A stretch of DNA of 60,490 nt from an uncultured bacterium (GTDB lineage: Bacteria; Joyebacterota; Joyebacteria; Joyebacterales; Joyebacteraceae). The stretch covers positions 1 to 60,490 of the forward strand of contig CAZLTC010000009.1 of NCBI GenBank assembly GCA_964562405.1, in the 5' to 3' direction. Below are positions 1 through 8,842 of this stretch, piece by piece (within the stretch, counting starts at the first letter, position 1; each line of letters begins with the position of its first letter). Made by a program: the position numbers and the translations under genes. The notes below the pieces were generated by a model. It was not told the DNA's origin and searched no databases. It was given only the letters and a program-made list of their open reading frames with translations.

Positions 1-998
1 TATCTGCTCTCCTTGAGGTCGAACGAGACCATCGCCCTGCCGAACGTCATGTACTCGAGGACCTTGTTCATCGTCGAGACGTCGTTCAGCGGGTTGCGGG
101 GGTCGGGACACACGCAGAGATCGGCGGTGGACAGGTAGCGTCTGACGGTCTCGTCGGAGACCCGGCCCGTCATCTCAACGTAGTCGGTGAGCCCGAGGTC
201 GTCCCGCAGCCCCTCGATGGCGTTGAACGAGTCGCCGGCGCCGATCAGCACGAAGTGGACGTCTTTCCTCTTCACGACGTCAACCACGTGCCTGGTGGCG
301 CGAAGCAGGTAGTCGACCCCGTCCTGCGGTGCCATGACGCCCAGGTAGCAGACCAGATGGCTCTTCCCTCTCTTCAGGGACCCGTCGGGCTCCATCGGCG
401 TGAAGCTGTCAGCTCTTGGCCCGCTCCGCACGACGAACACGTCATCTCCCGAGAACCGCCCCACCTCCACCGCGTGTTCCTTGTACGACTCATTGGTCGA
501 TATGACCATGTTCGCGGTCCGGTAGGTCAACCACTCCAGCGTCCGGAGGAGCCCGAAGTTCATCGCTCGTCGCCCCCCGAAACGCGAGAGATAGAGCTCA
601 GGACACAGGTCGTGCTGGTCGTACACGAACTTCACGCCGCGCATGAGCTTGTGCGCAAGGCCGATCAGGAAGAACGTGTCAGGAGGGTTGCACGCGTGGA
701 TCGCGTCGAATCCCCTCTCGCGTTCGACCTTGTTCACGAGCTTCAGGGTCTTGTACCAGCAGTAGGGGAACTCCCATGCGTAGGAGAGCTTGGTGGTCGT
801 GGGTGGCGGGGGCGGATACCGGTAGATGTGGATCCCATCGATCTCCTCGTACGACTCCATGAGTCCCTTTCCCTGGGGACATATTACGCTGATGTCGTAC
901 CCCGCCCTCGCCAGTGTGGTCGACTCGAGCCAAACCCTCCTATCGAACGGAACAGGCAGGTTCTCGACGATGATCAGTATCCGTTTCTTGATGTCCAC
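1..998 (-). CDS. Glycosyltransferase family 4 (GT-B), C-terminus cut by the window edge
   Basis: Not in the supplied track because it runs off the left edge. My reverse-complement translation from GTG 998 reads VDIKKRILIIVENLPVPFDRRVWLESTTLARAGYDISVICPQGKG...SHLVCYLGVMAPQDGVDYLL...VHFVLIGAGDS...DLCVCPDP. This shows the N-terminal Rossmann strand and the ENLPxPxDRRVW pattern typical of EPS-cluster GT4 enzymes. A G-rich SD lies directly upstream. An alternative in-frame GTG is at 1016. Confidence 0.7.
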   Translation of the reverse strand, partial: MDIKKRILIIVENLPVPFDRRVWLESTTLARAGYDISVICPQGKGLMESYEEIDGIHIYRYPPPPPTTTKLSYAWEFPYCWYKTLKLVNKVERERGFDAIHACNPPDTFFLIGLAHKLMRGVKFVYDQHDLCPELYLSRFGGRRAMNFGLLRTLEWLTYRTANMVISTNESYKEHAVEVGRFSGDDVFVVRSGPRADSFTPMEPDGSLKRGKSHLVCYLGVMAPQDGVDYLLRATRHVVDVVKRKDVHFVLIGAGDSFNAIEGLRDDLGLTDYVEMTGRVSDETVRRYLSTADLCVCPDPRNPLNDVSTMNKVLEYMTFGRAMVSFDLKESR

Positions 999-1000
999 TG

Positions 1001-1009
1001 CCCCCCCCC
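1001..1009 (-). repeat. Homopolymeric tract: C9 on the + strand, G9 on the coding strand, 2 nt upstream of the GTG start of the GT4 gene
   Basis: Read directly: ...atgtccactg ccccccccc g... On the - strand this is GGGGGGGGG-CA-GTG. Confidence 0.9.
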
Positions 1010-1108
1010 GTTCCACGGATCGCGTGCCCGTCCGCAAGCCACCGATGACTGCTCACCCCATCCGGGTCCGGACGCAAGCCACGGTCTGGCTTCGGATCTC
1101 CGGCGCAT

Positions 1109-2434
1109 CTACCAGGATATGCCCACGTACTTCCCGCGGACTTCCGACGGATCGTCTACGATCCTCACCAGATCGACGATGACCTGATCCGCTCGCATGC
1201 GACGGCCAACGTCTCTGAATTCGTCGGCAGGATTCGCTACGACTATGACGTCCGACCGCGCGATCAGGTCGTCAACAGAATCCGCCTTGAGCTTCTCGGC
1301 GTAGGGCAGTTCGTGCTCCAGGAATCCGAGATTGGAGCCGAACAGCTGGGGCCAGGAGATGTTCCGGTCGTATATGCAGAGCTCATAGCCCTTGCCGATG
1401 AGCGTGCTGACCACATGGATGATGGGGCTCTCCCTGAGATCGTCCGTCTCTGCCTTGAAGCTCATGCCGAGCACCCCGACCTTCCGTTTCCCCGTGTCCC
1501 TGATGAGCTCCACGGCTCGCGCGATCTGGACGTTGTTCGAGGGTATCGCGGATGAGAGAAGCGGGCACTCCACGCCGGTCTCCCGGCTCATTCGGACTAT
1601 CGCTCGCAGGTCCTTGGGGAGGCACGATCCTCCGAATGCGAACCCCGGCTTGAGGTAGTAGGGTGACAGATTCAGCTGGGTATCGAGACAGAAGACCTCC
1701 ATGACCTTGTGGCTGTCGGGGACGCCGACGGCCTTGCACAGATTCCCCATCTCGTTCGCGAAACAGACCTTGATCGCGTGGAAGCAGTTATCCGCGTACT
1801 TGACCATCTCGGAAACACGGATGTCGACACGCGCCATGGGCGCCTCGATCGGGCCGTACAGCTCCGCGAGCACGTCTCCTGCACGGGTGCCGGCGCCGCG
1901 CTCCCCTATCACGATCTTCGGCGGGTGATAGAAGTCCTTGACCGCGGAGGCCTCTCTAAGAAACTCCGGATTGAAACACACGCCGAAGTCCTTGCCCTCT
2001 GTCTTCCCGGACTCCCTCTCGAGGATCGGGATCATCTCGTCTTCGACGGTGCCGGGCGGGATCGTGCTGCGAAACACCACGGTGTGGAAGGCTTCCTTCC
2101 GAGATAGGACGGCCGCGATCTGACTGCAGACGCGGCGTGTGTAGTCCAGATTCGGGCTCCCAGTCTCGGTCGACGGCGTCCCCACACAGACCAGCGAGAC
2201 ATCCGTGTTCATGACGGCCGCCTCGTAGTCGTTCGTCACGTGGAGGCGCTCTTCCTCCACTCCTCGCTTCACGAGCTCCGCGAGCCCCGGCTCGACGATC
2301 GGGCTCTTGCCCTCGCGGAGAGGCTTCAGCTTTCGCTCGTCCACATCCAGTCCGATGACAGTGTTTCCGAGTTCGGCCAGACATGCGGCTGAAACGCAGC
2401 CTACGTAGCCCAGACCCAGCACGCTGACTCTCAT
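1109..2434 (-). CDS. GDP-mannose 6-dehydrogenase-like nucleotide-sugar dehydrogenase (AlgD type)
   Basis: Track ORF 1109..2830 trimmed to ATG 2434, which has a GGGAGAG SD. The 132 upstream codons are Arg/Gly/Pro-rich shadow. Motifs: MRVSVLGLGYVGCVSAACLA (NAD Rossmann), GFAFGGSCLPKD (catalytic Cys motif), C-terminal ...GKYVGISW. The end-to-end pattern matches AlgD-type enzymes as I remember them. Confidence 0.8.
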   Translation of the reverse strand: MRVSVLGLGYVGCVSAACLAELGNTVIGLDVDERKLKPLREGKSPIVEPGLAELVKRGVEEERLHVTNDYEAAVMNTDVSLVCVGTPSTETGSPNLDYTRRVCSQIAAVLSRKEAFHTVVFRSTIPPGTVEDEMIPILERESGKTEGKDFGVCFNPEFLREASAVKDFYHPPKIVIGERGAGTRAGDVLAELYGPIEAPMARVDIRVSEMVKYADNCFHAIKVCFANEMGNLCKAVGVPDSHKVMEVFCLDTQLNLSPYYLKPGFAFGGSCLPKDLRAIVRMSRETGVECPLLSSAIPSNNVQIARAVELIRDTGKRKVGVLGMSFKAETDDLRESPIIHVVSTLIGKGYELCIYDRNISWPQLFGSNLGFLEHELPYAEKLKADSVDDLIARSDVIVVANPADEFRDVGRRMRADQVIVDLVRIVDDPSEVRGKYVGISW

Positions 2435-2469
2435 CTTCACCCGCTCTCCCTGTTTCGCTGCATAGACGT

Positions 2470-4794
2470 TCAAATGAGACTGCTGACGGAACGGCGCTCC
2501 ACTTCTCGCCCAGCCTGTGTCCAGCTTGCCACATCCATGCCAAGAACGCTGCGGTCTTCCCCTCGCGCAAGGACCGCTCCCAACCTCCCAAGGAAATGCT
2601 CCCCGCTTGAGGGCTCGCCCGCGCCGAAGAGCAGGCGATCCTCCCCGAGTTCGTGGCCCGCGGTCACCTCCACCAGCTCCCCCGAGTCCACGGCTCTGCA
2701 CCTCAGGTGGAATCCGCGATGTCGCGCCTCGGGCACTATGCCGAAGACCAGCACGGCCGGCAATCGGCAGCGGCCCTCGCAGAGAGCCGCCGGGGCTGGA
2801 GCGCGATGGCCGAAACCCCGCGAGATCCACCCCATCGGCGGAGACTCCTCACCCTGCGCCACTCTCCACGTCAGTCCCTCGGGAACCGAACTCCAGAGTG
2901 ACACCTCGGAGCGAGGCCCCCTTGCAACCAGCGGGACACCGCTCGCCACTTCGTGACCGTCGGCGAACTGAAACGTCGCCTGCAGGTCGTGCTCTCCTTC
3001 ACCCTCAAGGCGGTCCACGATGACCCAGTAGCCAGATTCGACGAAGACGACCGAACGCGTGTGAACCACGTTCGAAGTCCGCGCGTAGCCATCGTGTCTT
3101 CCCTCGAACATCTGGAGGCCGCCATCGACCGACCACCACGTGGGAAAGCCACGCGCCTTCCTGCCCCACATGAACGCGCCGAGCATGTCCGACTGGGCCG
3201 CGCCATCCACCGTCACAGTGTTGTGAGCAAGCGTGGTCCTGAAATGGTCTCGCCACTTCCGCTCGCGGTGGTAGCAGTAGGTCCCCGGATCGACAAGGAA
3301 CCAGTCGCCCTTGTACATGAGAGAGACGGAGAGGCAGTCGGCATGGCCGTGCGCCGCGATGCTCAGATATCCCAACGGACCGCAGTCCACGACGCCGTGG
3401 TGATCATCCCGCCCTGCCACGAAGTACCCGCCCGGAACGAATGCCCCGGCAGTGCCCTCAGCGGAGAGCCGACCGTCTCCGGTTCTGTCCGCCCGGTATC
3501 GCATCGAGCGGTCTCTCAGATACTGATCCACGACCTCGCCGCCGTAGAGCCAGGCCGCGGGAGCCAGGTCCGGCGGCGAGGCGCCGCGCGGCAGATCAGC
3601 TCGGCACAGGACCGAGGCACAGGCGGCCGCCCGGATGCACTGCCTCTCTCGCCCCGCGTCCGAGAGTTCCAAGGCACGTCCTCCGTCCTCGTCGCCCACG
3701 GATGGGGGGACACCGGAGGTTCCGCCCACCGCCCCGATGAACCCGCCCATGCTGGAGACCCTGTCCAGGAGCACGGCGTCGCTCTCCCGACCCAGGCACG
3801 CCAGCGTAAGCAGCGCAAACTCGAGCACGAACGCGCCGTAGTGGAATGTCTGCTCGCGGCTGACGCCACGGGGTGTCACCTGCGCCGCGATCTCACGGCG
3901 TGCCACGGCGGAGCCCCTCGCGACCCACGCCTCGGCACACCTCAGGAACGGGAACTTCGTGCCCGCCACCAGCAGCCCCACCGCTTCTCCGATGAGGTGA
4001 TTGTTCCTTGAAGATGCGTAAACGGACAGGTTATCAGACAGGTGCCCGGCCTGCAACGCCACGCTCGTCGCCACGGCGGACACGTCGCCCGCGGAAGCGC
4101 CGGCCGACCCCAGGAGGTCGACCACCGTAGCCCAGGAGATGAGTCGTATCGCGATCTCGAGAGGGCTCGACCAGTTGATTCCGAAGTAAGGCGGATTCCC
4201 GTCTATCCAAGACCGCATCCCCCGCCAAGCTTGCTCGGAGAAACGGTCGCCGCCACCGAGCACGCTCGCGCGCGCCAGCGTCACCAGATGATGGTGCCGG
4301 TTGACTTCCCAGACGTAGCGCGGATCACCGAGTCCGGTCGAACCCCGGAAATCGACGTCCGGCCAGTAGGCAGGCGGCCACCTCTTGCCGGAAACCGGGT
4401 CCCGGTTCCAGTCGGTCTCCGTTCCGACGTCGATGACCGTCCAACCGAAGGCCGGCAGCCTGCCGTCCAGGACGCTCTCGGCCGCGGCCAGGGTGCCGTC
4501 CGGCGGGCTGCCCGCCAGCGCCAGGTCAGAGGCCAGCTGAAGGCGGTCCCTGGCGCCCGCGAAGACGCGGAATCGCGTCGCATCGAGCTCGGCCTTGAGG
4601 CGCTCCTCATCGGACAGGTCGCGACTGCCCGATGACAGGACGTCACCCAGTACAGCCAGCTCGTCCTGGGGCACCGCCGCGCGGGGACGTCGCACAGCGT
4701 CGCGTGACGCCCTGGCGGCACGCACGGCGACCTCGTGAGGCGTCATGGCCAGCAATCTTCTGAGACGCCACGCCGCGGAGCCCGTCACGCTCAT
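2470..4794 (-). CDS. Heparinase II/III-like (alginate-lyase-fold) protein, no signal peptide
   Basis: 774 aa. Motifs: WEVNRHHH and NNHLIGEAVGL in the N-terminal helical part; HGHADCLSVSLMYKGDWFLVDPGTYCYH...LAHNTVTVDG in the C-terminal heparinase II/III domain. ATGA overlap with the upstream GT4 stop (4791-4794). The N-terminus MSVTGSAAWRLRRLLAMTPHEV has no hydrophobic signal. Confidence 0.8.
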   Translation of the reverse strand: MSVTGSAAWRLRRLLAMTPHEVAVRAARASRDAVRRPRAAVPQDELAVLGDVLSSGSRDLSDEERLKAELDATRFRVFAGARDRLQLASDLALAGSPPDGTLAAAESVLDGRLPAFGWTVIDVGTETDWNRDPVSGKRWPPAYWPDVDFRGSTGLGDPRYVWEVNRHHHLVTLARASVLGGGDRFSEQAWRGMRSWIDGNPPYFGINWSSPLEIAIRLISWATVVDLLGSAGASAGDVSAVATSVALQAGHLSDNLSVYASSRNNHLIGEAVGLLVAGTKFPFLRCAEAWVARGSAVARREIAAQVTPRGVSREQTFHYGAFVLEFALLTLACLGRESDAVLLDRVSSMGGFIGAVGGTSGVPPSVGDEDGGRALELSDAGRERQCIRAAACASVLCRADLPRGASPPDLAPAAWLYGGEVVDQYLRDRSMRYRADRTGDGRLSAEGTAGAFVPGGYFVAGRDDHHGVVDCGPLGYLSIAAHGHADCLSVSLMYKGDWFLVDPGTYCYHRERKWRDHFRTTLAHNTVTVDGAAQSDMLGAFMWGRKARGFPTWWSVDGGLQMFEGRHDGYARTSNVVHTRSVVFVESGYWVIVDRLEGEGEHDLQATFQFADGHEVASGVPLVARGPRSEVSLWSSVPEGLTWRVAQGEESPPMGWISRGFGHRAPAPAALCEGRCRLPAVLVFGIVPEARHRGFHLRCRAVDSGELVEVTAGHELGEDRLLFGAGEPSSGEHFLGRLGAVLARGEDRSVLGMDVASWTQAGREVERRSVSSLI

Positions 4795-6026
4795 CGCGCC
4801 CTCCCCCCGACCAGGTCGCGCATCACCTCCTCCAGCCTGTCGACGCTGCGTTCCCAGTCGAAGCCCTCCACCACGTACCGACGGCAGCGGGACCTCAGAG
4901 CGGACGCCTCATTCACATCCGAGAGCCACTCCAACATCATCCGGAGGCCGGACGCTATCGCACGCGGCTCGACCCCGTCCAGGACGAGCTGCGGGGCCAG
5001 CGGCCTCAGTATCTCGGGTGTCGCCCCCACAGGCGTCCCGATGGCTGGAGTACCGCAGGCCAGCGCCTCCAGCGTCACCATCCCGAACCCCTCGAACGCG
5101 ATCGTCGGCAGAACGAAGACGTCGGCCGCCTGGTAGTACCTCACGAGGTCATCGTCGGGCACGACTCCCGCGAAGCGTACGCTGTCCGATACGCCGAGTT
5201 CGTCCGCCTGCCTGCGCAGCTCTCCCTCGAGTCGCCCCCTGCCCGCGATGACCAGACAGGCCGACGGGTCAGACGCCGCGACTTGCGCGAAGGCCTCCAT
5301 CAGATTGGAGAGACCCATGCGCGGTACCAGCCGCCGGGCGGTGAAGAGAACCCGTCTGTCCATCGGCAGTCCGAGCGATTCACGCAGCGCGCGCCTGTCT
5401 TTCGCGGGTTGGAACCTGTCAAGGTCGACTCCCCCGGGGATCTTCACTATCTTCTCAAGAGCAAACGGGTAGTAGCTGCCAAGCTGGTCCCGGGAGAACT
5501 CGGACAGGACAACGACGCGATGAGCACGCCTGAGGCAGGCGGTCTCGGTCCTGCGGGCCAGGCCGCCGAAGATCAACGATTCGAGCGGCTTGACCACGAG
5601 TCTTTCGGCGCCCTCGAGCCTGAGTTCCTGCCAGAAGGACGCGTGGAACGTCAGGATCTCGGGAACGGACCGGTCCGCGATCCCCAGGTACGCGTAGTAC
5701 GGAAAGAAGTGATGCGGAAGCACGACGTCGTATTCGTTGTGCGCCAGAAGTCGGCGGAGGACGGGGCGCGACGAGCGCAGCGCCGACAGCGTGCGCCCTC
5801 CGAAACGTCCAGAGTCGCCTGCCGAGCCGTACCTGTGGAGCGTCAGCCGCCCGCCCAGGTTCTCGACCTCGGGGGCGCTCTCGTCCGCCCTCTGCCCTGC
5901 CAGATCGACTGAATGCCCACGTGCGGCCAGCCTGGTCATGATCTCGTTGGCTACACGCTCGACACCGCCGCGGCTGTCGGGCCACAGGTTCTGTGTGATA
6001 CAGAGGATGCGCAGGCTCTTCTTCAC
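4791..6026 (-). CDS. Glycosyltransferase family 4
   Basis: Trimmed to GTG 6026, which forms a GTGA overlap with the upstream stop at 6023-6025. N-terminus VKKSLRILCITQNLWPDSRGGVERV. C-terminal EGFGMVTLEALACGTPAIGT (GT4 E-x7-E region). Confidence 0.85.
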   Translation of the reverse strand: MKKSLRILCITQNLWPDSRGGVERVANEIMTRLAARGHSVDLAGQRADESAPEVENLGGRLTLHRYGSAGDSGRFGGRTLSALRSSRPVLRRLLAHNEYDVVLPHHFFPYYAYLGIADRSVPEILTFHASFWQELRLEGAERLVVKPLESLIFGGLARRTETACLRRAHRVVVLSEFSRDQLGSYYPFALEKIVKIPGGVDLDRFQPAKDRRALRESLGLPMDRRVLFTARRLVPRMGLSNLMEAFAQVAASDPSACLVIAGRGRLEGELRRQADELGVSDSVRFAGVVPDDDLVRYYQAADVFVLPTIAFEGFGMVTLEALACGTPAIGTPVGATPEILRPLAPQLVLDGVEPRAIASGLRMMLEWLSDVNEASALRSRCRRYVVEGFDWERSVDRLEEVMRDLVGGRAR

Positions 6027-7189
6027 CGTCCCTCGCCTCCACCACCAAGGAGCCGGAGGTAGATTCCGGTCATCGTGTCCACCAGACATCCTGCGCCGAA
6101 TTCGCGCTCCGCGCGCGAGCGTCCGGCAACGGCCATTCGCGAAGTCAGATCGCCGTCACTCAGCAGGGAGATCACGGCCTCGGCCATCGCCGACTCGTCT
6201 CCGGGCGGCACGAGCAGTCCCGTCACGCCGTCGTCAACCGTCTCGGGCAGTCCGCCCACGCGGGTGGCGACCACGGGCGTCCCAGCCGCGGCGGCCTCCA
6301 TCGCCACGAGCCCGGAAGTCTCGGACTCCGACGCGACCGCCAGCAGATCGACGGCCCTCAGAATGTCCGGAACGTCGTCCCTCGATCCGACCATCACGAC
6401 CGCGTCATCGATCCCCATATCCGCGGCCAGCGCGCTCAGCCGGGGCCTCAGATCGCCGTCACCCACGATCACGAGCCTGAACGCGTCCACGCGGTCGACG
6501 ACGAGTCGCGCGGCTCGAAGGGCGGTCTCCAACCCCTTGCCCGCGCACAGCCGACCGACGACCGCGACCACCCTTTCGTCGGGAGACACGCCGATGGATC
6601 GTCGAACGGCGGCTCTATCGAAGGGACCGTCGAACATCGACAGATCGACCGCGCCTCTCACCGTCACGACCTTCGACGGACCGGCACGATACGCTTCTAC
6701 GTACTCCTCTCTGCTCGCATCGGACGGGACCGTGATCGTGTCGCAGAGATCGTTCGCCCGGACGACCAGATGCTTCACGGCCGCCGCACCGAACGGGTAC
6801 CGCGACCGCGGAGGGACGACGACGTGCTCGCTTGCCACTACCGCGCGAGCACCGGCGCGGCGCGCTGCCTCGATCGCCGGCAGGCACGCTCTCGGGTGAG
6901 CCTTGTTGACGTGAACGAGAGGGAATCCGCTGAGAAAGCGTTCCGCCTCGCGAACCCCTTCCCTGTCGACCTCGCGCGTCGGGCGGACTCTCTCGACGGC
7001 GATGCCGCGCTCCGCGAGCAGCGAGGCCCAGCCGTCGGTCGCCCTCTTGTCGGTCAGGAACAGCGATACGCTCCAGCCGGCCCTCTCGAGGCCGCACATC
7101 AGGAGCGTCAGCCAGCGCTCGGCGCCGCCCGGCCACGCGTCCGCATCCATATAGAAGGCCACTTTGCGGGGCTCCGCGAAACCAGTCAT
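6023..7189 (-). CDS. Glycosyltransferase family 4
   Basis: Start set at ATG 7189, which forms an ATGA overlap with the stop of the Wzy-like gene at 7186. The alternative is ATG 7201. Motifs: KVAFYMDADAWPGGAERWL...; SESETSGLVAMEAAAAGTPVVATRVGGLPE. Confidence 0.85.
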   Translation of the reverse strand: MTGFAEPRKVAFYMDADAWPGGAERWLTLLMCGLERAGWSVSLFLTDKRATDGWASLLAERGIAVERVRPTREVDREGVREAERFLSGFPLVHVNKAHPRACLPAIEAARRAGARAVVASEHVVVPPRSRYPFGAAAVKHLVVRANDLCDTITVPSDASREEYVEAYRAGPSKVVTVRGAVDLSMFDGPFDRAAVRRSIGVSPDERVVAVVGRLCAGKGLETALRAARLVVDRVDAFRLVIVGDGDLRPRLSALAADMGIDDAVVMVGSRDDVPDILRAVDLLAVASESETSGLVAMEAAAAGTPVVATRVGGLPETVDDGVTGLLVPPGDESAMAEAVISLLSDGDLTSRMAVAGRSRAEREFGAGCLVDTMTGIYLRLLGGGGEGR

Positions 7190-8736
7190 GAATCGATCCA
7201 CACCTTGCTCGGAGGCTCCTCAACGGCCTCTTCCATTCCGGGGAACATCTTCTCGTCTATCATCCTGCGCTGCGAGACGATGATCGCGAGCAACGTGTAG
7301 AAGGCGTGCCCCACGTTCCTGTCGGCGAAGAGATGGTCGAACATCATGAGAGTGAGCACGGCGAAAAGGCCCACGAAGCTTGCCTGCGATATGAAGCCAT
7401 ACCCCGGCATCGAGGCGATGCGAAGATTGCGCACAGCCATGACGAAGATCCACCCAATGAAGATGACGTAGACCAAAGCGGCTGGGATACCTAGTTCGGA
7501 AGCATAGGTCAGGAAGACATTGTGCGCGTGGTGGATTCGGGTAGTGAACGTGACGCTCGCATGCCACATGAACGTGCCCATCCCGATGCCAACGAACGGT
7601 CGTTCCTTGATGAGGACCAGAGCCGCGGCGAAGATCTCCGGACGCGCGGAGAGCTGGCTTCGCGACAGCTCTTCGAAGCGCATCTCAATGACCTGGGCGA
7701 CTCCCATGCCGACCAGCGAGACGGTCATCACCTGGGCCACGACTGCGAACAGGACGAGGAAGATGGCGGTCCTCCGGAGCGCCCGGAAGTCCCTGAGACT
7801 CAGAGAAAGGATGGCGGCCATGATGCCGCCCCAGGCGGCGCGGGAGTACGTGTAGAGCAGAGCGACGAAGCCGAACACGATCGCGATGTTGCCGAGCAGC
7901 CTGTGTGTGAACCTCTTGAGATGGTCGGTCGCGTAGAACCAGAACGGCATGACCATGATGAGGAACGCCGCGAAGAGGTTCGGATGCCCGAGACCGAACC
8001 AGCCCCCCTCTCCCACTCCGCCCGTTCGTCCGCCGGCGACTCCGCTCTGCACCTCGGCGTCCGTTATCGCTCCCGCGGTCTCGATAGCACCGCTGATACG
8101 CGCCGTGAGACCGACGATAGCGACGAGCACGCCCGACAACGCGAAGAAGATCGCGAACCTTCGCAGGTCACCCGGTTTTCTCAGCAGGGTCATCACCAGA
8201 TAGAACCAGGCGGCGTAGAAGATCTGCTCCTTCATGTACGTCAGGATGATGGCGCGCGCCTGCCCGTCGACGTTGTAGTTCAGGTTGGCGAATGACGTCA
8301 CCGTGACGAGCAGCAGGAAGATCACAATGACCGTGTCGAGTGGCGTCCTGCGGAACAACGGGCCCTTGGCCGCGAGTTCCCTGTCCACGAAGTACCGCAC
8401 GATGTACACAAGCCACACGCCGGCGACGGCCACGTTGAAGGCGCTTATGTGGAACATCTTGAGCTCGCCTATCGTGAAGCCGGGGCGGGCGAACGGGATC
8501 ATGAGGACGAGTCCGAGCAGTGCCCACTCGACCTTCATGAGAGTGATGATAATGATGGCCAGCGCCATCGAGTAGACGATGAGGTGCGCCGGAGACGGCA
8601 GGCTTATCTTGAAGAGGAGTACGTACGCGGTCGCGGTATAGAAGAGCAGAACCAAGACCCACACGGGCCACGATCTTCCAAGGATACCCTCGCTCTTCTC
8701 GTAGGCGCGCTGTGCGGCTCGAGTGATCTCGCCCAT
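7186..8736 (-). CDS. O-antigen polymerase/ligase family membrane protein (Wzy-like EPS polymerase)
   Basis: 516 aa with roughly 10-12 hydrophobic helices. LLYTYSRAAWGGIMAAILSL matches the Wzy_C/O-antigen-ligase signature. GGGGAG SD upstream of ATG 8736. Confidence 0.75.
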   Translation of the reverse strand: MGEITRAAQRAYEKSEGILGRSWPVWVLVLLFYTATAYVLLFKISLPSPAHLIVYSMALAIIIITLMKVEWALLGLVLMIPFARPGFTIGELKMFHISAFNVAVAGVWLVYIVRYFVDRELAAKGPLFRRTPLDTVIVIFLLLVTVTSFANLNYNVDGQARAIILTYMKEQIFYAAWFYLVMTLLRKPGDLRRFAIFFALSGVLVAIVGLTARISGAIETAGAITDAEVQSGVAGGRTGGVGEGGWFGLGHPNLFAAFLIMVMPFWFYATDHLKRFTHRLLGNIAIVFGFVALLYTYSRAAWGGIMAAILSLSLRDFRALRRTAIFLVLFAVVAQVMTVSLVGMGVAQVIEMRFEELSRSQLSARPEIFAAALVLIKERPFVGIGMGTFMWHASVTFTTRIHHAHNVFLTYASELGIPAALVYVIFIGWIFVMAVRNLRIASMPGYGFISQASFVGLFAVLTLMMFDHLFADRNVGHAFYTLLAIIVSQRRMIDEKMFPGMEEAVEEPPSKVWIDS

Positions 8737-8842
8737 TCGGGTGCTCCCCAGCCGGGCCCCGGTGTGCGTCCGCCCGACGGGACTCGATCTGCCTGGGCCA
8801 TGCGCACGCCCTTACCGCGCCAGCTCATCGACGCCGGCGCAC

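Noticed and set aside
255-1187. 310-aa + strand ORF at the left end of the window
   Set aside because: It lies antisense to a clearly recognisable GT4 gene on the - strand. It is Arg/Pro/His/Val-rich with no motif, which is typical of a GC-rich shadow ORF.
2435-2830. 5' extension of the dehydrogenase ORF. Similar extensions occur at 13231-13401, 18166-18435, 21178-21351, 22260-22520, 23432-23857, 24544-24837, 25575-25700, 41981-42607, 44149-44301 and 46332-46409.
   Set aside because: The extensions are Arg/Gly/Pro/Ser-rich and overlap the preceding gene. They precede positions where the conserved N-terminus, an SD or a 4-nt stop-start overlap marks the real start.
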